Part shown: positions 42,303-54,088 of the stretch, piece by piece
Position numbering within the stretch: the first letter of the stretch is position 1
Layout of the letters: each line of letters opens with the position of its first letter
Source: Escherichia coli
Lineage (GTDB): Bacteria; Pseudomonadota; Gammaproteobacteria; Enterobacterales; Enterobacteriaceae
Assembly (NCBI RefSeq): GCF_050920415.1
Contig: NZ_CP169309.1
Direction: 5' to 3' (one strand)
Length of the DNA: 64,000 nt
Made by a program: the position numbers and the translations under genes
Notes under the pieces: generated by a model
What the model was told of the DNA's origin: nothing
What the model saw: the letters and a program-made list of their open reading frames with translations, nothing else
The model's database searches: none

Positions 42303-43988
42303 GTGAATATAAACGTCGCCGAATTGTTAAATGGGAATTACATTCTGTTATTATTTGTGGTCCTCGCGCTTGGGCTATGTCTCGGAAAGTTACGACTTGG
42401 TTCGATCCAACTGGGTAATTCCATTGGCGTTTTAGTCGTATCGCTGTTATTAGGCCAACAACATTTCAGCATTAACACCGATGCGCTTAATCTTGGCTTT
42501 ATGCTGTTTATTTTCTGCGTCGGGGTCGAAGCCGGACCGAACTTTTTTTCCATTTTTTTTCGCGATGGGAAAAATTACCTAATGTTAGCACTGGTGATGG
42601 TTGGCAGTGCGCTGGTGATCGCCTTAGGGTTAGGTAAGCTGTTTGGCTGGGATATTGGCCTGACGGCCGGTATGTTAGCAGGCTCTATGACGTCAACACC
42701 GGTTTTGGTCGGTGCTGGCGATACACTGCGTCATTCCGGCATGGAAAGCAGGCAGCTCTCACTGGCACTGGATAATCTGAGCCTCGGGTATGCCTTAACC
42801 TATTTAATCGGTCTGGTGAGTTTGATTGTTGGTGCGCGTTACTTGCCGAAATTGCAGCATCAGGACTTACAGACCAGCGCCCAGCAAATCGCCCGCGAAC
42901 GTGGCCTGGACACAGATGCCAACCGTAAGGTTTATTTGCCGGTGATCCGCGCCTACCGCGTCGGCCCGGAGCTGGTGGCCTGGACCGATGGCAAAAATCT
43001 GCGTGAACTGGGTATTTATCGGCAAACCGGCTGTTACATTGAACGTATTCGGCGTAACGGGATTCTGGCAAATCCAGACGGTGATGCCGTACTACAAATG
43101 GGCGATGAAATAGCGTTGGTAGGCTATCCCGACGCCCACGCCCGACTCGATCCCAGTTTCCGTAATGGCAAAGAAGTTTTCGATCGTGACCTTCTCGACA
43201 TGCGTATCGTCACTGAAGAAGTGGTCGTTAAAAACCATAACGCTGTAGGCAAACGTCTCGCACAACTGAAGTTGACCGATCACGGTTGCTTCCTTAACCG
43301 CGTCATTCGTAGCCAGATTGAGATGCCGATTGATGACAACGTCGTGCTTAACAAAGGTGACGTTTTACAAGTCAGCGGCGATGCCCGTCGCGTAAAAACC
43401 ATCGCCGATCGCATCGGCTTTATCTCGATTCACAGCCAGGTCACTGACTTGCTGGCATTCTGCGCCTTCTTTGTTATTGGGCTGATGATCGGGATGATCA
43501 CCTTCCAGTTCAGCACATTCAGTTTCGGCATGGGGAACGCTGCCGGGTTGTTATTCGCCGGAATTATGCTGGGCTTTATGCGCGCTAACCACCCGACCTT
43601 CGGTTACATTCCGCAGGGTGCATTAAGCATGGTGAAGGAGTTCGGCTTGATGGTGTTTATGGCAGGCGTTGGTCTGAGCGCTGGTAGCGGTATTAATAAC
43701 GGCCTGGGCGCGATTGGCGGTCAGATGTTGATTGCCGGATTGATTGTCAGTCTGGTGCCAGTGGTTATCTGCTTCTTGTTCGGTGCTTATGTATTGCGAA
43801 TGAACCGCGCACTGTTGTTCGGCGCAATGATGGGCGCACGCACCTGCGCGCCGGCAATGGAGATCATCAGTGATACAGCTCGCAGTAATATCCCGGCGCT
43901 GGGCTATGCGGGCACTTACGCAATCGCCAACGTCCTGCTGACGCTGGCAGGGACACTCATCGTCATGGTATGGCCAGGATTAGGATAA
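42303..43988 (+). CDS. ybjL: Putative transporter YbjL (AAE family, with TrkA-C domains)
   Basis: 561-aa ORF with GTG start ([20 protein letters not shown]...); duplicated membrane domains flanking a soluble domain. Confidence 0.9.
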   Translation: MNINVAELLNGNYILLLFVVLALGLCLGKLRLGSIQLGNSIGVLVVSLLLGQQHFSINTDALNLGFMLFIFCVGVEAGPNFFSIFFRDGKNYLMLALVMVGSALVIALGLGKLFGWDIGLTAGMLAGSMTSTPVLVGAGDTLRHSGMESRQLSLALDNLSLGYALTYLIGLVSLIVGARYLPKLQHQDLQTSAQQIARERGLDTDANRKVYLPVIRAYRVGPELVAWTDGKNLRELGIYRQTGCYIERIRRNGILANPDGDAVLQMGDEIALVGYPDAHARLDPSFRNGKEVFDRDLLDMRIVTEEVVVKNHNAVGKRLAQLKLTDHGCFLNRVIRSQIEMPIDDNVVLNKGDVLQVSGDARRVKTIADRIGFISIHSQVTDLLAFCAFFVIGLMIGMITFQFSTFSFGMGNAAGLLFAGIMLGFMRANHPTFGYIPQGALSMVKEFGLMVFMAGVGLSAGSGINNGLGAIGGQMLIAGLIVSLVPVVICFLFGAYVLRMNRALLFGAMMGARTCAPAMEIISDTARSNIPALGYAGTYAIANVLLTLAGTLIVMVWPGLG

Positions 43989-44031
43989 AACTGAAGTTGC
44001 CCTGAAAATGAAATTTTTTTGCACAACCGCA

Positions 44032-44059
44032 GAACTTTTCCGCAGGGCATCAGTCTTAA
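44032..44059 (+). promoter_or_regulatory. Sigma-E-type promoter of rybB
   Basis: -35 aGAACTT (44032-44037), about 15-16-bp spacer, -10 gTCTtAA (44053-44059), with the sRNA 5' end a few bp downstream. Confidence 0.55.
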
Positions 44060-44064
44060 TTAGT

Positions 44065-44143
44065 GCCACTGCTTTTCTTTGATGTCCCCATTTTGTGGAG
44101 CCCATCAACCCCGCCATTTTGGTTCAAGGTTGGTGGGTTTTTT
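44065..44143 (+). ncRNA. rybB: RybB small RNA (sigma-E-dependent, Hfq-binding, represses OMP mRNAs)
   Basis: gccactgcttttctttgatgtccccattttgtggagcccatcaaccccgccattttggttcaaggttggtgggtttttt matches RybB, including the terminator hairpin and T run; lies between ybjL and rcdA as in K-12. Confidence 0.9.
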
Positions 44144-44162
44144 GTTATCTAAAATTTATCTA

Positions 44163-44699
44163 CTACCCTGCAACCCTCTCAACCATCCTCAAAATCTCCT
44201 CGCGCGATAGCGGCTTACGGTCGGTGACAAAATGCAGCGTCATCCCCTCAATAAACGCATCAAGCGCGCGGGCGGTTCCGGGTTCAAACCATTGTTCGAG
44301 CGTTTGCTGACTGCGCTGCATCCAGTTTTGCATTACCGTTTTTAATAGCGGTTTTCGGCTAGCCAGCGCGTAGAGCTGGTACATCAGCTCCATGTTATCC
44401 GGCGTTGCAACCTGTGAGCTGTAGATCATATCGGTGATAGCCTGGCATGCGCCCGGAGCATCACTAACATCGCTAAAAAATGCCTGATATTGCCGGGACA
44501 TGATCTCAGTAAAACTGCTGAACGCCTCCAGCAACAACTCATCAATTCCTGAAAAATAGTAGGTCATCGACCCCAACGGTACCCCGGCAAGGGTAGCAAT
44601 TTTGCGGTGCGTAACGGCATGTATTCCGTAAAGTTTCACCGCCTCCAGCGTGGCCTGGATAATTTTTTCTCGCCGTTGCGGATCGTTAGCGCGACGCAT
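44163..44699 (-). CDS. rcdA: TetR-family regulator RcdA (YbjK)
   Basis: 178 aa from [35 protein letters not shown]... with N-terminal HTH. Confidence 0.9.
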
Positions 44700-44782
44700 G
44701 TCATTTCCTCTCTCTGCAATTGTGTACAAATGTACACAACCTTGCTAATGTTGTCTTCCCTCTTCTTATTTTGACGTGATCT

Positions 44783-45991
44783 ATGACCGTAAATTCTTCA
44801 CGTAATGCATTGAAACGCCGAACCTGGGCGCTGTTTATGTTCTTCTTTTTGCCGGGCCTGTTAATGGCGTCCTGGGCAACTCGTACACCTGCTATCCGCG
44901 ATATTCTTTCTGTTTCGATCGCTGAAATGGGCGGAGTCCTCTTTGGTCTGTCGATCGGTTCAATGAGCGGTATTCTCTGCTCGGCGTGGTTAGTGAAACG
45001 CTTTGGGACGCGTAATGTCATCCTGGTCACGATGTCCTGCGCATTGCTCGGGATGATGATATTAAGCCTGGCGCTCTGGCTGACATCGCCCGTGCTCTTT
45101 GCCGTTGGTCTCGGCGTCTTTGGGGCTAGTTTTGGTTCTGCAGAGGTGGCGATAAACGTTGAGGGTGCCGCCGTTGAGCGAGAAATGAATAAAACGGTTT
45201 TACCGATGATGCACGGTTTTTATAGCCTGGGCACGCTGGCAGGCGCTGGTGTCGGGATGGCACTGACGGCCTTTGGCGTTCCGGCAACGGTGCATATTTT
45301 ATTGGCGGCACTGGTAGGCATCGCGCCTATTTATATTGCTATTCAGGCAATACCTGACGGTACTGGCAAAAATGCTGCCGATGGCACGCAGCATGGCGAA
45401 AAAGGTGTACCTTTTTATCGCGATATCCAGTTGCTGCTGATTGGTGTCGTGGTTCTGGCGATGGCCTTTGCCGAAGGTTCTGCCAACGACTGGTTACCCT
45501 TATTAATGGTTGACGGTCACGGTTTTAGCCCCACTTCCGGCTCGCTGATTTATGCCGGTTTTACCCTGGGGATGACCGTTGGACGCTTCACCGGCGGTTG
45601 GTTCATCGACCGTTACAGTCGCGTTGCCGTGGTACGGACCAGTGCACTAATGGGAGCGTTGGGTATTGGGCTGATTATTTTTGTCGATAGCGCCTGGGTC
45701 GCTGGGGTCTCTGTTGTACTTTGGGGACTGGGTGCCTCGCTGGGCTTCCCACTGACCATTTCTGCCGCCAGCGATACCGGCCCCGATGCACCGACCCGCG
45801 TCAGCGTGGTAGCAACGACCGGTTATCTGGCTTTCCTCGTCGGGCCGCCGCTGCTGGGCTATCTCGGCGAACATTATGGATTACGTAGTGCAATGCTGGT
45901 TGTACTGGCGCTGGTTATTCTTGCGGCTATTGTCGCGAAAGCCGTCGCCAAACCCAATACCAAAACGCAGACGGCGATGGAGAATAGTTGA
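44783..45991 (+). CDS. ybjJ: MFS transporter YbjJ
   Basis: 402-aa 12-TM-like ORF in the expected position. Confidence 0.9.
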   Translation: MTVNSSRNALKRRTWALFMFFFLPGLLMASWATRTPAIRDILSVSIAEMGGVLFGLSIGSMSGILCSAWLVKRFGTRNVILVTMSCALLGMMILSLALWLTSPVLFAVGLGVFGASFGSAEVAINVEGAAVEREMNKTVLPMMHGFYSLGTLAGAGVGMALTAFGVPATVHILLAALVGIAPIYIAIQAIPDGTGKNAADGTQHGEKGVPFYRDIQLLLIGVVVLAMAFAEGSANDWLPLLMVDGHGFSPTSGSLIYAGFTLGMTVGRFTGGWFIDRYSRVAVVRTSALMGALGIGLIIFVDSAWVAGVSVVLWGLGASLGFPLTISAASDTGPDAPTRVSVVATTGYLAFLVGPPLLGYLGEHYGLRSAMLVVLALVILAAIVAKAVAKPNTKTQTAMENS

Positions 45992-46806
45992 TGAGCATTA
46001 AATTAATTGCGGTAGACATGGATGGTACTTTCTTAAGCGATCAAAAAACCTATAACCGTGAGCGGTTTATGGCTCAGTATCAGCAGATGAAAGCACAAGG
46101 CATTCGCTTTGTGGTCGCCAGCGGGAATCAATATTATCAGTTGATCTCTTTCTTCCCTGAAATTGCTAATGAAATTGCCTTTGTGGCAGAAAACGGCGGT
46201 TGGGTTGTAAGCGAAGGCAAAGATGTTTTTAATGGCGAGCTGTCGAAGGATGCGTTTGCTACTGTGGTGGAACATTTACTGACGCGCCCAGAAGTGGAAA
46301 TTATTGCCTGCGGAAAAAATAGCGCCTATACCCTCAAAAAATATGACGATGCCATGAAAACGGTGGCGGAAATGTATTATCACCGTCTGGAATACGTCGA
46401 TAACTTTGATAATTTAGAAGATATCTTCTTTAAGTTTGGCCTGAATCTTTCCGATGAACTGATACCACAAGTGCAAAAAGCATTACATGAGACCATCGGC
46501 GATATTATGGTGCCGGTCCACACCGGCAACGGCAGCATCGATCTGATTATCCCCGGCGTACATAAAGCGAATGGCCTGCGCCAACTTCAGAAATTATGGG
46601 GAATAGACGACAGCGAAGTGGTGGTCTTCGGCGATGGTGGTAACGATATTGAGATGCTGCGTCAGGCAGGCTTTAGTTTTGCGATGGAAAATGCCGGCAG
46701 CGCGGTCGTCGCAGCGGCAAAATACCGGGCAGGCTCCAATAATCATGAAGGTGTACTGGATGTGATCGATAAAGTTCTTAAACACGAAGCGCCTTTTGAT
46801 CAATAA
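45991..46806 (+). CDS. ybjI: HAD-superfamily (Cof-type) phosphatase YbjI
   Basis: 271 aa, HAD motif I LIAVDMDGT; ATG overlaps the ybjJ stop (TGATG). Confidence 0.9.
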   Translation: MSIKLIAVDMDGTFLSDQKTYNRERFMAQYQQMKAQGIRFVVASGNQYYQLISFFPEIANEIAFVAENGGWVVSEGKDVFNGELSKDAFATVVEHLLTRPEVEIIACGKNSAYTLKKYDDAMKTVAEMYYHRLEYVDNFDNLEDIFFKFGLNLSDELIPQVQKALHETIGDIMVPVHTGNGSIDLIIPGVHKANGLRQLQKLWGIDDSEVVVFGDGGNDIEMLRQAGFSFAMENAGSAVVAAAKYRAGSNNHEGVLDVIDKVLKHEAPFDQ

Positions 46807-46891
46807 AAACGGTAGCACGCCCGGCAACACAAAGCCTGAATGAAGGCTGCATAATTCGCAGAAATTAACCCGCTGCATTATTTCAGGCGAA

Positions 46892-47176
46892 ATGATTATG
46901 AGAAATTGTCTACTGTTGGGCGCGCTTTTAATGGGCTTTACTGGTGTGGCGATGGCGCAAAGTGTCACCGTCGATGTGCCGAGTGGATACAAAGTGGTTG
47001 TGGTCCCTGATTCAGTCAGCGTTCCACAAGCAGTCAGCGTCGCGACTGTGCCGCAAACCGTCTATGTGGCTCCTGCGCCAGCTCCGGCTTACCGCCCGCA
47101 TCCGTATGTTCGCCATCTTGCCAGCGTAGGTGAAGGGATGGTTATCGAACACCAGATTGATGACCATCACCATTAA
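46892..47176 (+). CDS. ybjH: Secreted small protein YbjH
   Basis: 94-aa ORF with signal peptide, Val/Pro-rich repeats and a C-terminal HHH. Confidence 0.8.
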   Translation: MIMRNCLLLGALLMGFTGVAMAQSVTVDVPSGYKVVVVPDSVSVPQAVSVATVPQTVYVAPAPAPAYRPHPYVRHLASVGEGMVIEHQIDDHHH

Positions 47177-47216
47177 TTTGAAAATGCCTGATTGCTTTGC
47201 GCAATCAGGAATTTTT

Positions 47217-48449
47217 TTACCCTTCGTGCGAATTTCCCATCTGTTTATCTTTTAAAAAGATAACCATCAGCAGCAGCCACAAAATCCCGTTGGCAAGGTT
47301 GAAGAGATTAAACAGGCCGTTGCCCCCATTCAGCCAGGCATGTTTGCTGATTTCAATACCGACGGTAAAAATAAGCATTTGCAACATTCCCATCGCCGCA
47401 GAAACCGTACCTTTACTCATATCGCTGGCAAACAGGGTCAATCGCACCAATCCCGCATTCGCCAGGCCAATACCGAAAGCATAAATACTTAACCCGGCGG
47501 TCATCCACAAATACGCGTGCGATGAGATAACCGTTGCCGCAGCAGCGACCAATAGGCCAATCATAATCGGCCAGCCGCCCATAATAATCAATGAACGTAC
47601 GGTGCGGCGCGAGGTCAGACGCGCTAGCAGCAAGTTACCCGCAATTAATGCCCCGAAAATAGGCACTTGCAGCAAGCCATATTCATAGCTACTCAACTGC
47701 TCGCCGGTAATGATGATAATCGGCGACTGGGCGATCCACGCCAGCAACGGCAGGCTAACAAATCCCAGCGCCAGTGCCCCTGCCACAAAGCGACCGTTCT
47801 TCAGCACCAGCTTATAGTCACGACCGAGTTCTTTCAGCGACAGTTTCTCGCCTATACGCGTGGCGGTTTCAGGCATGGCTCGTTGCAGACCGAAAAAGGA
47901 GATCGCTGCCAATGAGGCAAACAAGACGAACATCCCTTCCCAGGGCAGCACATGGATCCACGCCGCGCCCACCAGCGGACCAAGTAGCGGAGCAATCAGC
48001 GCCACGTTCGCCATCAGCGCGGTGATCTTGATACAAACCGCCTCTTCGAAGGACTCCTGAATTGCGGCGTAACCCACAGCGCCAATGAAACAGAGGCTTA
48101 TGCCCTGCAAGAAGCGCAACAGCGTGAATTGTTCAATGTTTTGCGCCAGTAATATCGCCAGACAAGTGATGATAAACCACACTACTCCCGCCAGCATCAC
48201 CGGACGGCGACCAATACGATCCGACAGTGGTCCCAGCAGCCACTGTAAAAACATCCCGCCCGCCAGATACGCGGTCATCGAAGTAGGAACCCAATCAATG
48301 CCCGCCTGATATTGTTCCACCACGGCCAACATACCGGGTTGAATCATATCGTTGCCGATATAGGTTGAAAATTCGTAAAGCACCAGACAGAGAGGGAAAA
48401 GTAACGCCTGACGTCCAAGCCTGGCACCGGAAGCTAATCTATTTTGCAT
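47217..48449 (-). CDS. mdfA: Multidrug efflux MFS transporter MdfA (Cmr)
   Basis: 410 aa from [40 protein letters not shown]... Confidence 0.95.
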   Translation of the reverse strand: MQNRLASGARLGRQALLFPLCLVLYEFSTYIGNDMIQPGMLAVVEQYQAGIDWVPTSMTAYLAGGMFLQWLLGPLSDRIGRRPVMLAGVVWFIITCLAILLAQNIEQFTLLRFLQGISLCFIGAVGYAAIQESFEEAVCIKITALMANVALIAPLLGPLVGAAWIHVLPWEGMFVLFASLAAISFFGLQRAMPETATRIGEKLSLKELGRDYKLVLKNGRFVAGALALGFVSLPLLAWIAQSPIIIITGEQLSSYEYGLLQVPIFGALIAGNLLLARLTSRRTVRSLIIMGGWPIMIGLLVAAAATVISSHAYLWMTAGLSIYAFGIGLANAGLVRLTLFASDMSKGTVSAAMGMLQMLIFTVGIEISKHAWLNGGNGLFNLFNLANGILWLLLMVIFLKDKQMGNSHEG

Positions 48450-48734
48450 GCAATTTCTTCGCCAATAATAATCGCGCAAAGTTTAATAAAAGCGCAGCTA
48501 ACGAGAAAGCGAATTTTGTAGCTGAAACTTCGGTTAAGCACATTCTTACATTATTGCGAGTATAGCTACGCTTTCTTTAAGTTTTATTTAACCTATGCTC
48601 GTTACAATCACCCACCGTAAACAGGGCCGCTTGAGGGAAATAAGACGATGCCGCTTTACCCAGTTTAACCTGCACTTTATTCTCAACGACTTGCCTGTAT
48701 TGGCTCCCTTTTAATCACTTTGCGTCGGGAAGTT

Positions 48735-49331
48735 ATGCTGGAAAATTTGAATCTCTCTCTATTCTCTCTTATTAACGCGACGCCAGACTCGGCTCCGTGG
48801 ATGATCTCGTTGGCGATTTTTATTGCTAAAGATTTGATTACCGTGGTGCCGCTGCTGGCCGCAGTACTTTGGTTGTGGGGGCTTACAGCACAACGGCAAC
48901 TGGTGATAAAAATCGCTATCGCGCTGGCGGTCAGCCTGTTAGTGTCCTGGACGATGGGGCATCTTTTCCCACACGACCGACCCTTTGTCGAGAATATCGG
49001 CTATAACTTCCTGCATCATGCGGCGGATGACTCATTCCCGAGCGATCATGGTACGGTAATTTTCACCTTTGCACTGGCATTTTTATGCTGGCATCGCCTG
49101 TGGTCCGGTTCCCTTTTAATGGTACTGGCTGTTGTCATTGCCTGGTCGCGCGTTTATCTTGGCGTGCACTGGCCGCTGGATATGCTCGGTGGATTGCTGG
49201 CAGGTATGATTGGCTGCCTTAGCGCTCAGATTATCTGGCAAGCGATAGGGCATAAACTCTATCAACGTCTGCAATCATGGTATCGCTTCTGTTTTGCATT
49301 ACCGATCCGCAAAGGCTGGGTGCGTGACTGA
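48735..49331 (+). CDS. ybjG: Undecaprenyl-diphosphate phosphatase YbjG (PAP2 family)
   Basis: 198 aa from MLENLNLSLFSLINATPDSAPW... with PAP2 motifs (PSDH, SRVYLGVHWPLD). Confidence 0.9.
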   Translation: MLENLNLSLFSLINATPDSAPWMISLAIFIAKDLITVVPLLAAVLWLWGLTAQRQLVIKIAIALAVSLLVSWTMGHLFPHDRPFVENIGYNFLHHAADDSFPSDHGTVIFTFALAFLCWHRLWSGSLLMVLAVVIAWSRVYLGVHWPLDMLGGLLAGMIGCLSAQIIWQAIGHKLYQRLQSWYRFCFALPIRKGWVRD

Positions 49332-49388
49332 TCTCTGCTAAAAAGTGTAGTATTGAGCGGCTCGCTTCAATAACTATTCAGAGGGATT

Positions 49389-50147
49389 ATGGAAACACGT
49401 CGCGAAGAGCGTATCGGGCAACTGCTGCAAGAATTAAAACGCAGCGATAAGTTACATCTTAAAGACGCCGCCGCCCTGCTTGGGGTTTCGGAGATGACGA
49501 TTCGTCGCGATCTGAACAACCACAGCGCCCCCGTCGTTTTGCTTGGCGGCTATATTGTTCTGGAACCGCGCAGCGCCAGCCATTACCTGTTAAGCGATCA
49601 AAAATCCCGTCTGGTAGAGGAAAAACGCCGGGCGGCAAAACTGGCTGCGACGCTGGTAGAACCCGATCAGACCCTCTTTTTTGACTGTGGCACCACCACA
49701 CCGTGGATTATTGAAGCGATTGATAATGAAATCCCTTTTACCGCCATTTGTTATTCGCTAAATACCTTTCTGGCACTGAAAGAGAAACCTCATTGCCGCG
49801 CGTTTCTTTGCGGTGGTGAATTTCACGCCAGCAACGCCATTTTCAAACCCATCGATTTTCAGCAAACGCTGAATAATTTTTGCCCGGATATCGCTTTTTA
49901 TTCCGCGGCGGGGGTGCATGTCAGTAAGGGCGCTACCTGTTTTAATCTTGAAGAGTTGCCGGTAAAACACTGGGCCATGTCGATGGCGCAAAAGCATGTG
50001 CTGGTTGTCGACCACAGTAAATTTGGCAAGGTGCGTCCGGCACGCATGGGTGACCTGAAACGCTTTGATATTGTGGTGAGCGATTGTTGCCCGGAAGATG
50101 AGTATGTGAAGTACGCGCAGACGCAGCGTATTAAGTTGATGTATTAA
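49389..50147 (+). CDS. deoR: Deoxyribose operon repressor DeoR
   Basis: 252-aa ORF METRREERIGQLLQELKRSDKLHLKDAAALLGVSEMTIRRDL... Confidence 0.95.
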   Translation: METRREERIGQLLQELKRSDKLHLKDAAALLGVSEMTIRRDLNNHSAPVVLLGGYIVLEPRSASHYLLSDQKSRLVEEKRRAAKLAATLVEPDQTLFFDCGTTTPWIIEAIDNEIPFTAICYSLNTFLALKEKPHCRAFLCGGEFHASNAIFKPIDFQQTLNNFCPDIAFYSAAGVHVSKGATCFNLEELPVKHWAMSMAQKHVLVVDHSKFGKVRPARMGDLKRFDIVVSDCCPEDEYVKYAQTQRIKLMY

Positions 50148-50194
50148 TGATGCATAACCGGATGACGTTTCCACGCCATCCGGTTATCACAAAA

Positions 50195-51397
50195 TTATGA
50201 GAACCAGCTGCCGAACCACTGATGGAATTTCATCATCACGAAATCCCACATCCGACCAAAGAATCCACCCTCTTCCACATTTTCCATCACGATCAGCGGA
50301 CGCTGTTCAATGGATTTACCGTTAAGCTGGAAATCAATGGTGCCGACAACCTGACCTTTTTTCAGCGGTGCGGTAAGCTGCGGTTCCGTTAATGTATAAC
50401 TCGCTTTCAGGTTTTTCAGCTGCCCACGCGGTATGGTCACGGATCCCGCTTCGCCTGCCCCGAGATTCACTTCGCTCTTATCACCAAACCAGACGCGCTG
50501 AGTCACAAAGGTGGCATCAGGTTTAATTGGCGTCACGGTTTCAAAGAAGCGGAAACCCCAGGTCAATAATTTCTCAGACTCATTAAAACGGATACGGTCA
50601 GTTTTCGCCCCCAGCACTACGGAGATTAAACGCATATCGCCCTGGGTAGCCGAAGCAACCAGATTATATCCCGCGCCTGCCGTGGTTCCTGTCTTCATGC
50701 CATCAACATTCAGATTGCTGCTCCATAGCAGACGGTTACGGTTAGGCTGACGAATTTTGTTGAAGGTGAACTCTTTCTCTTTATGAATGGCGTACTCTTC
50801 TGGCACATCGTGGATCAATGCTTTACCCAGCAATGCCATATCGCGCGCGGTACTGAACTGCCCCGGCGCATCCAGACCGTGCACCGTCTGGAAGGTCGTG
50901 TTGGTCAGCCCCAGTTTTTTGGCATAACCATTCATCAAACCAATAAATGACTCCTGGCTCCCGGCAACGTAATCAGCCAGCGCAATACAGGCGTCATTAC
51001 CGGACTGGATAATCACGCCTTTGTTCAAGTCTGCCACCGAAACCTGATCGCCTGGTTTGAGGAACATTACCGACGAACCACGCAGTGCCGGGTTTCCCGT
51101 CGCCCAGGCATCTTTACCGACCGTCACCATATCGGTGAGTTTAATCTTATCGGCCTTAAGCGCCTGCCCAACCACATAGCTGGTCATGATTTTAGTCAGG
51201 CTCGCGGGGTCCAGTTTCTCATCCGCATTGCCTTCTGCCAGCACTTTACCGCTGGCGTAATCCATTAAAATCCATGCACGCGCATCCACGCTCGGCGCTT
51301 CAACGGTTTGTTCCGCCGCGAATGCCGTTGGGGCAAAAAGGAATAAAAATGCAGAACCCGCTGCAAGACCACGAAGGAGAGAGGAGTATTGCGTCAT
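50195..51397 (-). CDS. dacC: D-alanyl-D-alanine carboxypeptidase DacC (PBP6)
   Basis: 400 aa from [19 protein letters not shown]... with SxxK (SLTK) and SGN motifs. Confidence 0.95.
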   Translation of the reverse strand: MTQYSSLLRGLAAGSAFLFLFAPTAFAAEQTVEAPSVDARAWILMDYASGKVLAEGNADEKLDPASLTKIMTSYVVGQALKADKIKLTDMVTVGKDAWATGNPALRGSSVMFLKPGDQVSVADLNKGVIIQSGNDACIALADYVAGSQESFIGLMNGYAKKLGLTNTTFQTVHGLDAPGQFSTARDMALLGKALIHDVPEEYAIHKEKEFTFNKIRQPNRNRLLWSSNLNVDGMKTGTTAGAGYNLVASATQGDMRLISVVLGAKTDRIRFNESEKLLTWGFRFFETVTPIKPDATFVTQRVWFGDKSEVNLGAGEAGSVTIPRGQLKNLKASYTLTEPQLTAPLKKGQVVGTIDFQLNGKSIEQRPLIVMENVEEGGFFGRMWDFVMMKFHQWFGSWFS

Positions 51398-51643
51398 AAA
51401 TGCCACCCGAGTATCCATTCAAAAAAAATACGTTATATCGCCGTATGATAAGTTCGGTGATTAATAACGCACACACAAACTTAAAGAAACCGTAAGTTGG
51501 TAAAGTTTTTAAAGTTTATGCAATATCCTGCCGCTTCGCTGCTTCTGCCGTCATTTTTTTGCCAGCTGTTGCTTAAAAGTTAACTTTACTTCACCATCAA
51601 AGTCCTGTTCAGCCTGTGGCTGCCTGTCGGAAAAGGGGTAAGT

Positions 51644-52270
51644 ATGATTACGCTGTGGGGTCGGAATAATTCAACCAACGTAAAAAAAGTATTGCTGACG
51701 CTCGAAGAACTGGAACTACCTTATGAGCAAATTCTCGCGGGCCGTGAGTTTGGGGTAAACCACGATGCTGATTTTCTGGCGATGAACCCTAACGGGCTGG
51801 TGCCGTTGTTGCGTGACGACGAAAGTGATCTCATCCTTTGGGAATCAAATGCCATTGTCCGCTATCTGGCGGCACAGTATGGGCAAAACCGCCTGTGGAT
51901 CGACTCACCGGCACGCCGTGCAGAAGCGGAAAAATGGATGGACTGGGCAAACCAGACGCTCAGTAATGCCCATCGCGGGATCCTGATGGGATTGGTCAGA
52001 ACCCCCCCCGAAGAGCGCGATCAGGCCGCCATTGATGCCAGTTGCAAAGAGTGCGACGCCCTGTTTGCCCTGCTCGATGCGGAACTGGCAAAAGTAAAAT
52101 GGTTCTCTGGCGACGAGTTTGGTGTGGGCGATATCGCCATCGCACCGTTCATCTACAATTTGTTTAATGTTGGCCTGACCTGGACACCGCGTCCAAATCT
52201 GCAACGCTGGTATCAGCAACTCACTGAACGCCCCGCAGTGCGCAAAGTGGTGATGATCCCCGTGAGCTAA
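51644..52270 (+). CDS. gstB: Glutathione S-transferase GstB (YliJ)
   Basis: 208-aa [33 protein letters not shown]... Confidence 0.94.
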   Translation: MITLWGRNNSTNVKKVLLTLEELELPYEQILAGREFGVNHDADFLAMNPNGLVPLLRDDESDLILWESNAIVRYLAAQYGQNRLWIDSPARRAEAEKWMDWANQTLSNAHRGILMGLVRTPPEERDQAAIDASCKECDALFALLDAELAKVKWFSGDEFGVGDIAIAPFIYNLFNVGLTWTPRPNLQRWYQQLTERPAVRKVVMIPVS

Positions 52271-53382
52271 TTGCGTGAACTAACTTTGAGTAATTCCCCA
52301 CTGGACTCGTCGGTGAGAACGTATAAATAACCGTCGGGTCCAGTGCGAACATCACGAATTCGTTGCCCTCTGTCCGTTAAAATACGGCCATCTTCTGTCA
52401 CTTCGTCGCCGTTGACGCTCATCACAATGACATCTTTATCTTTCAGAGCGCCAATAAATAATTTTTGCTGCCACTGGGGGAATTTGTCGCTGTTATAGAA
52501 GGTCATACCGCTCACGGCAGGCGAATCTTTCCAGTAAAAAACAGGTTGCTCAGTCCCGGTGACGATCTCCCCTTTCGCTTCCGGTATCTTAAATCCCGAA
52601 TAGTTGATTCCCCAGGTTGCCAGCGGCCAGCCGTAGTTTTTGCCTTTTTGCGGCATATTAATTTCATCACCACCGCGGGGGCCATGTTCATTTAGCCACA
52701 GTGCATTACTCCACGGATTCATCGCCATTCCTTGCGGGTTACGAATACCATAAGACCAGATCTCGGCGCGCGCACCGGATCTCCTGGCAAAAGGATTATC
52801 ATCCGGGATCTCGCCCTGGTCAGTAAGACGCACCAGTTTGCCCTGTAATTTATCCAGATCCTGCGCCGTCGGGCGCTGATTGTTTTCGCCCAGAGCAATA
52901 AAAAGATAACCTTTACCGTCGAATACCAGCCGCCCGCCAAAATGGTTGCCGGTAGACAGTTTTGGCATCTGGCGAAAGACGGTGCGGAAGTCGGTCACTT
53001 TTGAGAGATCATCACTTAAGCGGCCATAACCCACAGCAGTTCCGGCTTTGCCATCATCGCCAACTTCGGAATAACTTAACCAGATGCGGCGCGACTGGGC
53101 AAAATCAGGCGCTAAAACCACGTCCAGCAGACCGCCCTGCCCGTGCGCCCAAACGTCCGGCACTCCGGAAAGCGGCGCAGATAATCCTTTTCCTGCTTGC
53201 CAGTGACGCAACTCGCCGCCGCGCAGAGTGATTAACATACCGTGATTATCGGGTAAAAAGGCCAGCGCCCAAGGGTGATCGAGTTTGTCTTGCAGTACTT
53301 CGACATTTACCGTTGCAGGAGCTGCCCAGAGAGCAGAAGAAAGACAGATAAGGGGCACAAGGAAAAAGGATTGTCTCTGCAT
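52267..53382 (-). CDS. yliI: Soluble aldose sugar dehydrogenase YliI (PQQ-dependent)
   Basis: 371-aa ORF with signal peptide; beta-propeller dehydrogenase at the expected position. Confidence 0.9.
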   Translation of the reverse strand: MQRQSFFLVPLICLSSALWAAPATVNVEVLQDKLDHPWALAFLPDNHGMLITLRGGELRHWQAGKGLSAPLSGVPDVWAHGQGGLLDVVLAPDFAQSRRIWLSYSEVGDDGKAGTAVGYGRLSDDLSKVTDFRTVFRQMPKLSTGNHFGGRLVFDGKGYLFIALGENNQRPTAQDLDKLQGKLVRLTDQGEIPDDNPFARRSGARAEIWSYGIRNPQGMAMNPWSNALWLNEHGPRGGDEINMPQKGKNYGWPLATWGINYSGFKIPEAKGEIVTGTEQPVFYWKDSPAVSGMTFYNSDKFPQWQQKLFIGALKDKDVIVMSVNGDEVTEDGRILTDRGQRIRDVRTGPDGYLYVLTDESSGELLKVSSRN

Positions 53383-53492
53383 AACGCCTCCAGATTGACT
53401 CTGGCTTAAAGCGTAGTCAGTGGAGGAGATAACAAATTCATTTTTACAAAAACTTAAACATGAAGGGGGAGACGCTTTCTCCCCCTTAGTTT

Positions 53493-53876
53493 TCAGGCCT
53501 TCTCAAGCATGGCGTGCTTCTGCAGGCTCTGGATACTCAGCGTTAAGCTCATCAGACAATTTTCAAGCTTATCGGCGTTGACGGTAATAACAGTCGGGCA
53601 ATCATGGTGCCCACTCATCAAACATACTGCGGCTGTCGCTAATGCTTCTTCAGCATGATGAAGAGCACTCCACTCTTCCTGATCCAGATGAAGATTCAAC
53701 CGCAGCGATTTATCGTGCAGTTCGCGATTCAGTTTAAAAAAGTTATCTCGTAGATGATTGCTTTCGCTGACGGACATGTATCCTTTTGCCTTCCTCAGTT
53801 GCACGTATGCAGCGAGGTCAACGCGTGCGTCGATCAACCGGTTCAGCAGATCGATTCGCTGTCTGTCAACGAACAT
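53493..53876 (-). CDS. bssR: Biofilm regulator BssR (YliH)
   Basis: 127 aa from MFVDRQRIDLLNRLIDARVDLAAYVQLRKAKGYMS... Confidence 0.9.
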   Translation of the reverse strand: MFVDRQRIDLLNRLIDARVDLAAYVQLRKAKGYMSVSESNHLRDNFFKLNRELHDKSLRLNLHLDQEEWSALHHAEEALATAAVCLMSGHHDCPTVITVNADKLENCLMSLTLSIQSLQKHAMLEKA

Positions 53877-54088
53877 ACTTCGATCCTCCTCTTTCCAGCC
53901 TTGTTGCAATTAAATAGTATGGCTATTTATTGAGCAAAATGCTGTCCAGGATCAATTCTTCACCCCGAATTAACAAAATTTACATTTCCTTCGCCTCCGC
54001 CAGCGAATGAGATTGCGATACAAATTTTATCCAGAACTCTGTAGAATCCCTGCCCTGACCTTTCCTGTAACTGAATATTTTTTAAGCT

